From positions 496,001-560,000 of the forward strand of contig NIVC01000042.1 in NCBI GenBank assembly GCA_002269645.1: DNA of 64,000 bases, read 5' to 3'. Origin of the DNA: Macrostomum lignano. Taxonomy: Eukaryota. Position 1 is the stretch's first letter, and each line of letters begins with the position of its first letter. The notes under the pieces are model-generated. The model saw only the letters and a program-made list of their open reading frames with translations. It was not told the DNA's origin and did not search any database. The translations under genes were made by a program, and so were the position numbers. This document shows, piece by piece, positions 36,547-47,635 of the stretch.

Positions 36547-37034
36547 GCGAGGTACTACTTGCCTACCACGTGTGGCTGGAGAATCCGGACAGTCTGGTCG
36601 GACTGGGAGCCGACAGCAGCTCCGGAGGCCAGCAGCCGTCCGTGTCTCCTTTTCTAGCGGGTGCCGCATTCTATCACAAACAGTACGGCGCCCTGTTTCA
36701 CGACACCCTGCCCACGGAACTGCTGGACTACATAGATTCTATTGGGGACTGCGAGCACTTTGCCATGAACTGCATGGTTGCCAATCTTACTGGCCGAGGC
36801 GCAGTTAAAATTGGACAGCCGAGCCTCAGATCGGTTGCCGCTGGCCCTGGCCGAGATCGGACAGCGTTAGCGGCCGACTGTCTGTCCGAAATTGGCCGGT
36901 ATCTGGGCGGCTTCGGGCTGGAGTCGTCGCGGCGTGTTTGGATTGCATTCAAAGCCGATCCGGTGCTGTATGGAACTGCCTACGCTAATTGGACTGCGAA
37001 TGCCGGTTTTCTCGGGTTCAATAGTGTCACGTGA
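36547..37034 (+). CDS. EXT2: EXT2-like exon 4 (GT64 C-terminus, stop). Spliced protein about 719 aa
   Basis: AYHVWLENPDSLVG, GAAFYHKQY, CEHFAMNCMVANLT, FKADPVLY. AATAAA at 37182. Confidence 0.85.
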
Positions 37035-37369
37035 CATTATAATTGACCATTCTGTTTTCTTGTCGTAAATCTCAAAGAATCTCATTACAACAGTATTTGT
37101 ATGTGCGTAGTACATTCAATGTGCATTTCTTTGTGTAAATACGGTATTGATATACTTGTCGAAGTTGTTAGTGCTTATTTTAATAAAGTTTATAATTACA
37201 TCGGACTCTACACGAGACCATATGTATGCTTCCTTTTTATTGAAATTTCTGTGTTTATGAATATTTTTTGTTAGCTCCTGCTATATCTTAAACTAAATTA
37301 ATAGTTAAATATAGTCTTAAAAGCTTTGATTTCGAGCGGAGATTGGGGCTGATTCAGTGACTCGCAAAA

Positions 37370-38185
37370 ATATTCAAGGACTCAGTGAAAAATCAAGGTA
37401 CTCAGAGAAAGATTCAAGGACTCAGGGAAGGAATTCAGGGACTCAGAGAAAGATTCAAGGACTCAGGGAAGGAATTCAGGGACTCAGGTAAGGATTCAGG
37501 GACTCAGGGAAGGATTCAGGGGCTCAGGGAAGGATTCAGGGGCTCAGGGAAGGATTTAGGGACTCAGGGAAGGATTCAGGTACTCAGTGAAAGATTCAGG
37601 TACTTAGTCAAAGATTCAAGGATTCAGGGAAGGAATTCAGGGACTCAGGTAAGGATTCAGGGACTCAGGGAAGAATTCAGGGACTCAGGTAAGGATTCAG
37701 GGACTCCGGTAAAAATTCAGGGACTCAGGAAAGGATTCAGGGGCTCACGGAAGGATTCAGGGGCTCAGGGAAGGATTTAGGGACTCAGGAAAGGATTCAG
37801 GGGCTCAGGGAAGGATTCAGGTACTCAGGTAAGGATTCAGGGACTCAGGGAAGGATTCAGGTACTCAGGTAAGGATTCAGGGACTCGGGGAAGGATTCAG
37901 GGACTCAGGGAAGGATTCAGGGGCTCAGGGAAGGATTCAGGGGCTCAGGGAAGGATTTAGGGACTCAGGAAAGGATTCAGGGGCTCAGGGAAGGATTCAG
38001 GTACTCAGGTAATGATTCAGGGACTCCGGTAAGGATTCAGGGACTCAGGGAAGGATTTAGGGACTCAGGAAAGGATTCAGGGGCTCAGGGAAGGATTCAG
38101 GTACTCAGGTAATGATTCAGGGACTCAGGTAAGGATTCAGGGACTCAGGGAAGGATTCAGGTACTCAGTGAAAGATTCAGGGGCT
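37370..38185. repeat. 20-bp minisatellite between EXT2 and the beta-catenin-like gene
   Basis: Unit AAGGATTCAGGGACTCAGGG. Confidence 0.97.
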
Positions 38186-38255
38186 CTGTCAAATCACTAA
38201 AAGCAAATTGTTCCCAAAATTCCTCGACCCGCACCCCAATCTGCAGCCAGCCAGC

Positions 38256-38740
38256 ATGCCAACCTGCGGCAGCCGGGCAGCTCGACTCCAACAGGCCTTC
38301 TTTCCAGACGTCGCCTCCGCCGATGCCACGACCACCGCTAGCTGCGTTAACCGTCTGTCGGCGCCGTCGGCTGCCCTGGCAGTCGCCGTCGAGCTGCTGA
38401 TTGATTATCAGATCGACGCTGATGCCGCTGCCGACGCCGCTAGCCACCTGGCCGCGTTGCTTGTTGGCGACCCGTCTCAGTCTGAGGCGGAGTCGACAAC
38501 CGCCGCTCACGGTGCCGCCGCGCTGGCCGCCCTGCTGAGCCGCAAGCAGGCCTGTAGGCTGGCATTCATTGACCAGCCGGATCTCCTGGCTGCTCTGCTG
38601 GCCCGTCTGGACTGTCGCTACGATGACAGCAGTAGCAGCGGCGAGGAGGCGAAGCGTCTGTCGGCGACGGCACTGTGCCATATTAGCCAGTCGGAGCGGG
38701 GCTGCTTGGCCATCTGGCGGTGCGGCAGAGTGTGTGGCAG
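38256..38740 (+). CDS. Divergent beta-catenin/armadillo-like gene, exon 1
   Basis: RAARLQQAFFPD ~ RAQRVRAAMFPE; VNRLSAPSAALAVAVELLIDYQID ~ [32 protein letters not shown] ~ LSKKEASR; ERGCLAIWRCG ~ REGLLAIFKSG. GTAAA donor at 38741. Confidence 0.8.
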
Positions 38741-38749
38741 GTAAAGTAC

Positions 38750-38920
38750 TTTAAAGGCTGATCCTCGCGCCACAACAATTGAGGGTTTGATTCCACATTC
38801 ATTCGGGGCCATTCACACCTATGAACCCACCAACACCCCAAGGCACAGACGATGAGAAAGTTGGGGCCGCTGTACACCCTGTATGAGCGTGGGCCTGCGC
38901 CCACGGCCCCAAAGCAGCCA
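38750..38920 (+). mobile_element. Degenerate SINE family B copy filling intron 1
   Basis: B-box-like GGTTTGATTCC at about 38783, followed by CCAAGGCACAG...AAAGTTGGGGCCGCTGTACACCCTG. Confidence 0.6.
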
Positions 38921-38966
38921 ATACTTCCGTAAAACACACCTGACTGACTGAAACCCACTCTTGCAG

Positions 38967-39172
38967 GTCTGCGCCAGCCCTGCTTCTCTCCGCCATCACG
39001 GATCCGCAGTCGCTGAGTCACTCGCTCACCTGCCTTCGCCGGCTGCTGGCCAGCGTGCCGGAGGCGCGCCGATCCGCCAGGCCCGGCCTGCCGCTGCTGG
39101 CCGGCTTGCTGGGCCTTGCCGATGTCCGACTGCTGGCATCCGCTGCTGACTGCCTGCAGCTGCTGGCATTCG
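38967..39172 (+). CDS. beta-catenin-like exon 2
   Basis: DVRLLASAADCLQLLAFG ~ NVKFLAITTDCLQILAYG. CAG acceptor and GTGAG donor are phase-compatible. Confidence 0.8.
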
Positions 39173-39197
39173 GTGAGCAGCTGGGCGGAGTCTCCCT

Positions 39198-40215
39198 CTC
39201 TTGTGTCCGAATCTGCCTCTCCACTGTCCGAATCTGCCTCTTCACTGTCCGAATCTGCCTCTTAACTGTCCGAATCTGCCTCTTAAATGTCCAAATCTGC
39301 CTCTTAACTGTCCGAATCTGCCTCTTAAATGTCCAAATCTGCCTCTTAACTGTCCGAATCTTCCTCTTAAATGTCCGAATCTGCCTCTTAACTGTCCGAA
39401 TCTGCCTCTTAAATGTCCGAATCTGCCTCTTAAATGTCCGAATCTTCCTCTTAACTGCCCGAATATGCCTCTCCTGTGTCCGAATCTGCCTCTCCACTGT
39501 CCGAATCTGCCTCTTCACTGTCCGAATCTGCCTCTTAACTGCCCGAATATGCCTCTCCTGTGTCCGAATCTGCCTCTCCACTGTCCGAATCTGCCTCTTC
39601 ACTGTCCGAATATGCCTCTTAATTTTCCGAAATCTGCCTCTTAATTGTCCGAAGTCTGCCTCTTCACTGTCCGAATCTGCCTCTTAACTGCCCGAATATG
39701 CCTCTCCTGTGTCCGAATCTGCCTCTCCACTGTCCGAATCTGCCTCTTCACTGTCCGAATCTGCCTCTTAACTGCCCGAATATGCCTCTCCTGTGTCCGA
39801 ATCTGCCTCTCCACTGTCCGAATCTGCCTCTTCACTGTCCGAATATGCCTCTTAATTTTCCGAAATCTGCCTCTTAATTGTCCGAAGTCTGCCTCTTCAC
39901 TGTCCGAATCTGCCTCTTAACTGCCCGAATATGCCTCTCCTGTGTCCGAATCTGCCTCTCCACTGTCCGAATCTGCCTCTTCACTGTCCGAATATGCCTC
40001 TTAATTTTCCGAAATCTGCCTCTTAATTGTCCGAAGTCTGCCTCTTCACTGTCCGAATCTGCCTCTTAACTGCCCGAATATGCCTCTCCTGTGTCCGAAT
40101 CTGCCTCTCCACTGTCCGAATCTGCCTCTTCACTGTCCGAATATGCCTCTTAATTTTCCGAAATCTGCCTCTTAATTGTCCGAAGTCTGCCTCTTCACTG
40201 TCCGAAATCTGCCTC
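39198..40215. repeat. 21-bp minisatellite in beta-catenin-like intron 2
   Basis: Unit TGTCCGAATCTGCCTCTTAAC with higher-order blocks. Confidence 0.97.
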
Positions 40216-40302
40216 TCCGCTACCTTCGTGCCACTGAATCCGCGCCATTACTCGTAAACTATAGGTCTCTATAGCATGCAAATTACTGGTTTCGTACCGC
40301 AG

Positions 40303-40611
40303 GTGATTCGACAACCAAGCGCCGCCTGCTGGAGCTGGACGTTCAAAGCCGCCTTGCCGGCCTGTTGCGCCGTCGTCACCAATCTTCGCCAACACCCGCC
40401 GACGAGAACCTGCTGGTTGCCGCGGCTCGCCTGCTTCGCTCCCTGACTGTCGAGCCCAACGGCAAGTCGGCCGTGATTCGCGCCGGCTGTTTTGAAGCTC
40501 TGGCCGGCCAGGCTGTGTTGCCAGGCGCGTCTCCTCGCCTACTGCTCAGCTGCCTGTGGCCGCTGCGCAATCTCAGCAACTGCTGCTGCTTTGAAGGCTC
40601 GCTGGCGTCTG
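40303..40611 (+). CDS. beta-catenin-like exon 3
   Basis: GDSTTKRRLL ~ GNQESKLIIL; ENLLVAAARLLRSLTV ~ EKLLWTTSRVLKVLSV; CLWPLRNLSN ~ CLWTLRNLSD. GTAAG donor at 40612. Confidence 0.85.
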
Positions 40612-40689
40612 GTAAGAGGATTTCTGTTAGTAAGGTCTCCATTGTGCCTGCTGTGTGCCTGCCGATATGTTGTGCGATTCACAACCCGT

Positions 40690-40790
40690 GAGGGCCAGCG
40701 CCCAAGGCACAGAGTGTACATGCCTGATGATTAGAAAGTCAGTAAAAAGCCGCTGTACACCCTGTGTGAGCGTGTGTGTGAGTACGTGTT
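40690..40790 (+). mobile_element. SINE family B fragment in intron 3
   Basis: CCCAAGGCACAGAGTGTACATGCC...GCCGCTGTACACCCTGTGTGAGCGTGTG matches the reverse complement of 19270-19345. Confidence 0.65.
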
Positions 40791-40913
40791 AGATATTAAC
40801 ATTGTTAATGTTAGCATTGACATTAGCATTGTTAAAATTGTTATATCCATTGTCGGCCCTCTGCTGAACCCCGCTCTTTACTCGGCACCTCCTCCTCCCC
40901 TCCCTACTCGCAG

Positions 40914-41163
40914 GCCTCATCATCGATCTGCTCGTCCGTCTTACTGAGCTGCTAACCTCGCCAGACGCTGACACGGCCACCTGCGCAGCCGGCCTGCTGT
41001 GCAACCTCACCTGCGGCAGCCGGCCCTGCAAGCGGGCCGTTGTTCAAGCTGGAGGATCAGCCGCCTGACTGTGGCGCTGCTGTCCATTCGGCCAGGCGTT
41101 CGCGAGGAATTCGCCGAGCCGCTAGTTTGCGCTCTGCGTCACGTGACTAGGGACCACCCGCTG
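40914..41163 (+). CDS. beta-catenin-like exon 4 (contains a 1-nt frameshift at about 41055)
   Basis: TCAAGLLCNLTCGSRPCKRAVVQAGG, then in the -1 frame ISRLTVALL...AEPLVCALRHVTRDH ~ TCAAGILSNLTCNNYKNK...GGIEALV...EPAICALRHLTSRH. Confidence 0.8.
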
Positions 41164-41199
41164 GTTGGTTGTGTGGCTGCTCTAACCCACTAACTGTAT

Positions 41200-41390
41200 C
41201 CTATCTGATATCTGATCCTCAATTGTAATTACATATCTCTGATCCTTAAATTGTGATCCCATATCTCTCTGATCCTCAAATTATAATCCTATATCTCTCT
41301 GATCCTCAAATTATGATCCCATATCTCTCTGATCCTCAAATTGTGATCCCATATGGCTGATCTCTGATCCTCAAATCGTGATTCCATATT
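41200..41390. repeat. ~30-bp minisatellite in beta-catenin-like intron 4
   Basis: Repeated ATATCTCTCTGATCCTCAAATT(G/A)TGATCCC. Confidence 0.85.
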
Positions 41391-41500
41391 TATAAATCTT
41401 AAAAATCCTGTCTGTGTTATTGATCCCAGTCCTCAGTTTGGAATGCCATTTCATCATCATCTTTATTATCCTCTCACAATGTTCCAAAATCGCTTTAAAG

Positions 41501-42265
41501 GCGGACCAAGCGGCCGAGGAATTCTTCAACTGCGACGGCCCAAACGCGCTGCTTCGCCTGTTGAGTCGTCCAGTAAAATCAGCGACGCCTGCTGACGGCT
41601 TGCCGTGCGGCCGTCCGCTATTGAAGGCCAGCCTGGGCCTCTGCCGCAACCTGGTCGCTCTGGCCGACCGTTGGCGCGTTGCCCTCGTCGATAGTGGAAT
41701 TGTCGAATTGGCCGCCGCAGCGATCCGGCTGGCCAATGATGCCGACGAGTACGACGCCTGCGGCAGGCGGCTGTCGGGTGGCGGGCTATCCGATCCGGAC
41801 GGAGGCATCAGTGCCGAAGAGATTCAGGAGGTCGGTCTGGCTTTTCTAGCTGCCTTGTCCGATGCCGCCTCTGCTGCTGCTGCTGCTGCCAAGCCAGAGT
41901 TTCTCGCCGCGCTGGCCAGTTTAATTCGGTCTAGACGATCTGCCGTAGCAGCCGGAGCTGTCGAACTGCTTGATAAGCTTCGACTATCGGCATCGACGAC
42001 TGCGTCTCCTTCGTTGGGTTCTGTTTCCACAGTCGGAGCTCGTCCGCTGCTGCAGCCTGCGGCCTCGATTGGCGGCTGGGAGTACTGCGGTGTGGGGCAC
42101 CGGAGAGACAGTGAGTGCGGCTGGGAGTGCTGCGGTGTGGGGCATCGGAGAGACAGTGAGTGCGGCTGGGAGTGCTGCGGTGTGGGGCATCGGAGAGACA
42201 GTGAGTGCGGCTGGGAGTACTCCGGTGTGGGGCATCGAGAGAGGGAGATGGAGGGAGGGAGATAA
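41501..42265 (+). CDS. beta-catenin-like exon 5 (late arm repeats; 3' end uncertain)
   Basis: PLLKASLGLCRNL ~ PLIKATVGLIRNL; GISAEEIQE ~ GVRMEEIVE; LIRSRRSAVA ~ LLHSRNEGVA. The frame runs into a 42-bp repeat and stops at 42265. Confidence 0.7.
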   Translation, partial: ADQAAEEFFNCDGPNALLRLLSRPVKSATPADGLPCGRPLLKASLGLCRNLVALADRWRVALVDSGIVELAAAAIRLANDADEYDACGRRLSGGGLSDPDGGISAEEIQEVGLAFLAALSDAASAAAAAAKPEFLAALASLIRSRRSAVAAGAVELLDKLRLSASTTASPSLGSVSTVGARPLLQPAASIGGWEYCGVGHRRDSECGWECCGVGHRRDSECGWECCGVGHRRDSECGWEYSGVGHREREMEGGR

Positions 42266-42329
42266 GTTGTGAGGGAGAGGGAGATAGGCGGGGAAGGAGA
42301 GGAAGATAGACGGGGAAGAAGAGGAAGAT

Positions 42330-44090
42330 AGACGATAGATGAAAGGGAGATAAATGGATGGAGACGGAGGGAGGAGATAAGCGATAGATGAAAGGGAGAT
42401 AAATGGATGGAGACGGAGGGAGGAGATAAGCGATAGATGAAAGGGAGATAAATGGATGGAGACGGAGGGAGGAGATAAGCGATAGATGAAAGGGAGATAA
42501 ATGGATGGAGACGGAGAGACGGAGATAAGCGATAGATGAAAGGGAGATAAATGGATGGAGACGGAGGGAGGAGATAAGCGATAGATGAAAGGGAGATAAA
42601 TGGATGGAGACGGAGGGAGGAGATAAGCGATAGATGAAAGGGAGATAAATGGATGGAGACGGAGGGAGGAGATAAGCGATAGATGAAAGGGAGATAAATG
42701 GATGGAGACGGAGGGAGGAGATAAGCGATAGATGAAAGGGAGATAAATGGATGGAGACGGAGAGACGGAGATAAGCGATAGATGAAAGGGAGATAAATGG
42801 ATGGAGACGGAGGGAGGAGATAAGCGATAGATGAAAGGGAGATATATGGATGGAGACGGAGGGAGGAGATAAGCGATAGATGAAAGGGAGATAAATGGAT
42901 GGAGACGGAGAGACGGAGATAAGCGATAGATGAAAGGGAGATAAATGGATGGAGACGGAGGGAGGAGATAAGCGATAGATGAAAGGGAGATAAATGGATG
43001 GAGACGGAGGGAGGAGATAAGCGATAGATGAAAGGGAGATAAATGGATGGAGACGGAGGGAGGAGATAAGCGATAGATGAAAGGGAGATAAATGGATGGA
43101 GACGGAGAGACGGAGATAAGCGATAGATGAAAGGGAGATAAATGGATGGAGACGGAGGGAGGAGATAAGCGATAGATGAAAGGGAGATAAATGGATGGAG
43201 ACGGAGGGAGAAGATAAGCGATAGATGAAAGGGAGATAAATGGATGGAGACGGAGGGAGGAGATAAGCGATAGATGAAAGGGAGATAAATGGATGGAGAC
43301 GGAGAGACGGAGATAAGCGATAGATGAAAGGGAGATAAATGGATGGAGACGGAGAGACGGAGATAAGCGATAGATGAAAGGGAGATAAATGGATGGAGAC
43401 GGAGGGAGGAGATAAGCGATAGATGAAAGGGAGATAAATGGATGGAGACGGAGGAGGAGATAAGCGATAGATGAAAGGGAGATAAATGGATGGAGACGGA
43501 GAGACGGAGATAAGCGATAGATGAAAGGGAGATAAATGGATGGAGACGGAGGGAGGAGATAAGCGATAGATGAAAGGGAGATAAATGGATGGAGACGGAG
43601 GGAGGAGATAAGCGATAGATGAAAGGGAAATAAATGGATGGAGACGGAGGGAGGAGATAAGCGATAGATGAAAGGGAGATAAATGGATGGAGACGGAGAG
43701 ACGGAGATAAGCGATAGATGAAAGGGAGATAAATGGATGGAGACGGAGAGAGGAGATAAGCGATAGATGAAAGGGAGATAAATGGATGGAGACGGAGGGA
43801 GGAGATAAGCGATAGATGAAAGGGAGATAAATGGATGGAGACGGAGGGAGGAGATAAGCGATAGATGAAAGGGAGATAAATGGATGGAGACGGAGGGAGG
43901 AGATAAGCGATAGATGAAAGGGAGATAAATGGATGGAGACGGAGAGACGGAGATAAGCGATAGATGAAAGGGAGATAAATGGATGGAGACGGAGGGAGGA
44001 GATAAGCGATAGATGAAAGGGAGATAAATGGATGGAGACGGGGGGAGGAGATAAGCGATAGATGAAAGGAGATAAATGGATGGAGACGGA
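42330..44090. repeat. Purine-rich 49/51-bp minisatellite
   Basis: Unit GAGATAAGCGATAGATGAAAGGGAGATAAATGGATGGAGACGGAGGGAG, about 35 copies. Confidence 0.97.
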
Positions 44091-44877
44091 GGTGGAGGCG
44101 GCAGCAGAGAGTGGGAAGCAGATGGTGCTGGTGCTCCTCAAATTGATGAAGAGCAAGCCCAAGATGCTCCATCCTGTACTGATGGGAAGAAGGATGTCAT
44201 ACAGTATTCAGGCCAGTAAGCTTGTATTCAACTTTATTCAACTGACCCACGGGTAGTCTGATATTGGCTGGGTAAATATAATAGAAAACAGTATTATCCC
44301 TGTTTAAATATGCTTCCCTTTATTTATAAAATTTAATTTTACCCAATTCTTTCAATTGAAGCTTCGGATGTTCTGATTTGATTGATATATTGCCCATATC
44401 GATTACAAGGTGAAGTGCGTATATATCTATAAGTTTGTTGTGCCTGCTCAATCTCCAGTGTACCAGCTGATTCACCTAATCCGGTTTCATTATTCGATAA
44501 GATCAATAATGAACTAGGAAGTTGATTCGATCACCAATCATTTTGCTTTTGCCTGCGGACCTCAAAATTCGAAATGACAACTGCATGTGTAGATAATGAT
44601 ATCGAAGAGCATTTTCCAAGCCAATTGGGCCTAGCGGCAAGCAATTCAATTTTAGTGGGAGAATCCAGCAAAGGAGTTCTACTCGTATAATTAGCGTCTG
44701 GAGTGGAACCGAGAATAAGAAATTTATCAACAAAAAACCAGCACAACGGCAAAAAAACTCGGTGGGGAACAAAAGCAAACAAACTAAGCAACTTAAACCA
44801 GCCAATAGTTACAGAAAAGTGTACTTATTCGTTTGTTTGCGTTTGGCTTTCTGCTGAAAGCTACAACCCAAGGGGTT

Positions 44878-45168
44878 GGGTTGTAGCCCAGTGGTCAGAG
44901 CATCGGACTCACGACTGGAAGATCGGGGGTTCGATTCCCGATCCCACAGGAACAATTTGTGTCCTTAAGCAAGACACTTAAATTTGCATTGCTTCAGTTC
45001 ACCCAGCTGTAAAATGGGTGCCAGCATTAGCTGGGGTAATTGAGGGTAATTGAGGATGTGTGGCGACCCCCCAGTCCTTGGACTGAACAGCCGTACGCAG
45101 CCTTCAGATGCGCCGCGCAATAGCTGCGGCTGAGCTGTCGGTTGCACATCTGGCCTATTAGGGCAGGT
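44878..45168 (+). mobile_element. tRNA-derived SINE, family A (near full length)
   Basis: A box TAGCCCAGTGG (44884) and B box GGTTCGATTCC (44928). Then TGTGTCCTTAAGCAAGACACTT...TTGCTTCAGTTCACCCAGCTGTAAAATGGG, resembling the conserved central domain of widespread metazoan SINEs (family assignment not certain). The 3' half also occurs at 20845-20985. Confidence 0.8.
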
Positions 45169-45867
45169 GTAATCAATTATTATTGATTGTGTAGAGCGAT
45201 CAGGTCGTGGAGCAGACATACCGGTATTCCAGTCCAGATGTTAGTTATAGAACTCCTTGATCCAGCCTTTGAAAAAATGCTTTTCATTGTCTATAGCCCG
45301 AATAGGGGGCTCTGGAGCAACAAATCTAAGTATATTGTTTATTGTCTTGTTACATGAAATACGATTGCTTATTTAATCGTTAAAAAATTGTACTATTTTA
45401 AACCGGGAATGTGTTGTCTATGGTAATTTTTGATTAAATAAGCAATATTCGGATTAGATTTCTAATCAATATTTTAAATATCTGGAGATTCTTTCAAATT
45501 AAACCGATTTTCACTGAAGTTGTTAAAAAAAATTTTCGTTTGATTGGCGTCGTCCAAGATTTTTTAAGCCGAGCTAGTGTTACTAGCCACCCGTTTTCAA
45601 CCAAACTTCTAATTAAATTTTTTAGATAATTATTACACCACAACACCTTGGAGAGCTGTTAGTTCATCGCTGCGCTACTCAAACGAGAAACGGGAGTCTG
45701 CGCTGCATCATCAGCGATTGGCTTACAGCTATCGTATGGCTTCCTGTAGCACCACTGGAAACAGGCACTGACTGTGTAGTTTTTGTTATAATAACTTTGC
45801 ACTGTTTGATGCAGCTCTTTGGCCCTTTGGATTAAATTCAACATGTTAATTGCTTCTGAAATCGCAA

Positions 45868-47045
45868 TGAATCGCCCCCAACCATCACACAGAATCGCCC
45901 CCAACCATCACACAGAATCGCCCCCAACCATCACACAGAATCGCCCCCAACCATCACACAGAATCGCCCCCAACCATCACACAGAATCGCCCCCAACCAT
46001 CACACAGAATCGCCCCCAACCATCACACAGAATCGCCCCCAACCATCACACAGAATCGCCCCCAACCATCACACAGAATCGCCCCCAACCATCACACAGA
46101 ATCGCCCCCAACCATCACACAGAATCGCCCCCAATCATCACACAGAATCGCCCCCAACCATCACACAGAATCGCCCCCAACCATCACACAGAATCGCCCC
46201 CAACCATCACACAGAATCGCCCCCAACCATCACACAGAATCGCCCCAACCATCACACAGAATCGCCCCCAACCATCACACAGACAGAATCGCCCCCAACC
46301 ATCACACAGAATCGCCCCCAATCATCACACAGAATCGCCCCCAACCAGCACACAGAATCGCCCCCAACCATCACACAGAATCGCCCCCAACCAGCACACA
46401 GAATCGCCCCCAACCAGCACACAGAATCGCCCCCAACCATCACACAGAATCGCCCCCAACCATCACACAGAATCGCCCCCAACCATCACACAGAATCGCC
46501 CCCAATCATCACACAGAATCGCCCCCAACCATCACACAGAATCGCCCCCAACCATCACACAGAATCGCCCCCAACCATCACACAGAATCGCCCCCAACCA
46601 TCACACAGAATCGCCCCCAATCATCACACAGAATCGCCCCCAACCATCACACAGAATCGCCCCCAACCATCACACAGAATCGCCCCCAATCATCACACAG
46701 AATCGCCCCCAACCATCACACAGAATCGCCCCCAACCATCACACAGAATCGCCCCCAATCATCACACAGAATCGCCCCCAACCATCACACAGAATCGCCC
46801 CCAACGATCGCACAGAATCGCCCCCAACCATCATAGAGAATCGCCCCCAACTATCACACAGAATCGCCCCCAACCATCATAGAGAATCGCCCCCAACCAT
46901 CACACAGAATCGCCCCCAACGATCGCACAGAATCGCCCCCAACCATCACACAGAATCGCCCCCAACGATCGCACAGAATCGCCCCCAACCATCATAGAGA
47001 ATCGCCCCCAACTATCACACAGAATCGCCTCCAACGATCGCACAG
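45868..47045. repeat. 23-bp minisatellite
   Basis: Unit GAATCGCCCCCAACCATCACACA, about 50 copies. Confidence 0.97.
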
Positions 47046-47635
47046 TATCGCTGTCATTCAATTCAAGGGATCTCTGAAAAAGTTGATTTCAAGGTGGATT
47101 TTATCCAAATAACAATCTCTAACATTTTTGCAGCCTCGCTTTTGTGCAATTGAAAATATTTTATAGTTTTTAATTAATTTTTTTCAGTTTAGTTCGAGTC
47201 TGTCTGTTTTTAGTCGGGCTTCTCAAACATTTAATTGCAATAATGCAACTGCAGTATTTTCACATTATTAACTGTTTTATAATTCAATCTTTAATCTATT
47301 TTGCCAGTTGATTAAGGTCCGCATCAAACTAGCAAATAATTTTCGGAGAGTTACCTAAATCCAAGTTCTTTATAAAGTTTGCAATGCAATTTTTGTATCT
47401 GTGTGATTGCGGTCAATCGTTTCTGCATGTTAGTTTTCACTCGATCTAAAGCAGCTTAACTTAGCTCAAATATGTACTAATCAATAGTTTAAAAATTTGC
47501 TAACCATTGCAGTAGTTTTAATTTAGACTTTCAAATATACATTTTTCTGTGCGTTATGTTTTGCACAAATTTTCTAAATTCTTGCTTTTATTTGCTTCGT
47601 TGTAGTTTGCATTTCTAAAATGTATTGCTCTATAA

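Noticed and set aside
39018-40257. Repetitive ORFs (KRQIRTV / CPNLPL / RICL)
   Set aside because: Translations of the intronic 21-bp array; the flanking exons splice in frame around it.
40724-40737. CTGATGA...GAAA hammerhead-ribozyme-like core
   Set aside because: Only 3 nt lie between the motifs (no stem II), and the core is not conserved in the other SINE-B copies.
41824-44172. 782- and 743-aa minus-strand ORFs
   Set aside because: The pyrimidine-rich strand of a minisatellite is stop-poor by composition, and it lies antisense to the beta-catenin-like gene.
44878-44950. Functional tRNA gene
   Set aside because: The acceptor and anticodon stems do not pair properly, and it is followed by a SINE body whose 3' half recurs at 20845-20985.
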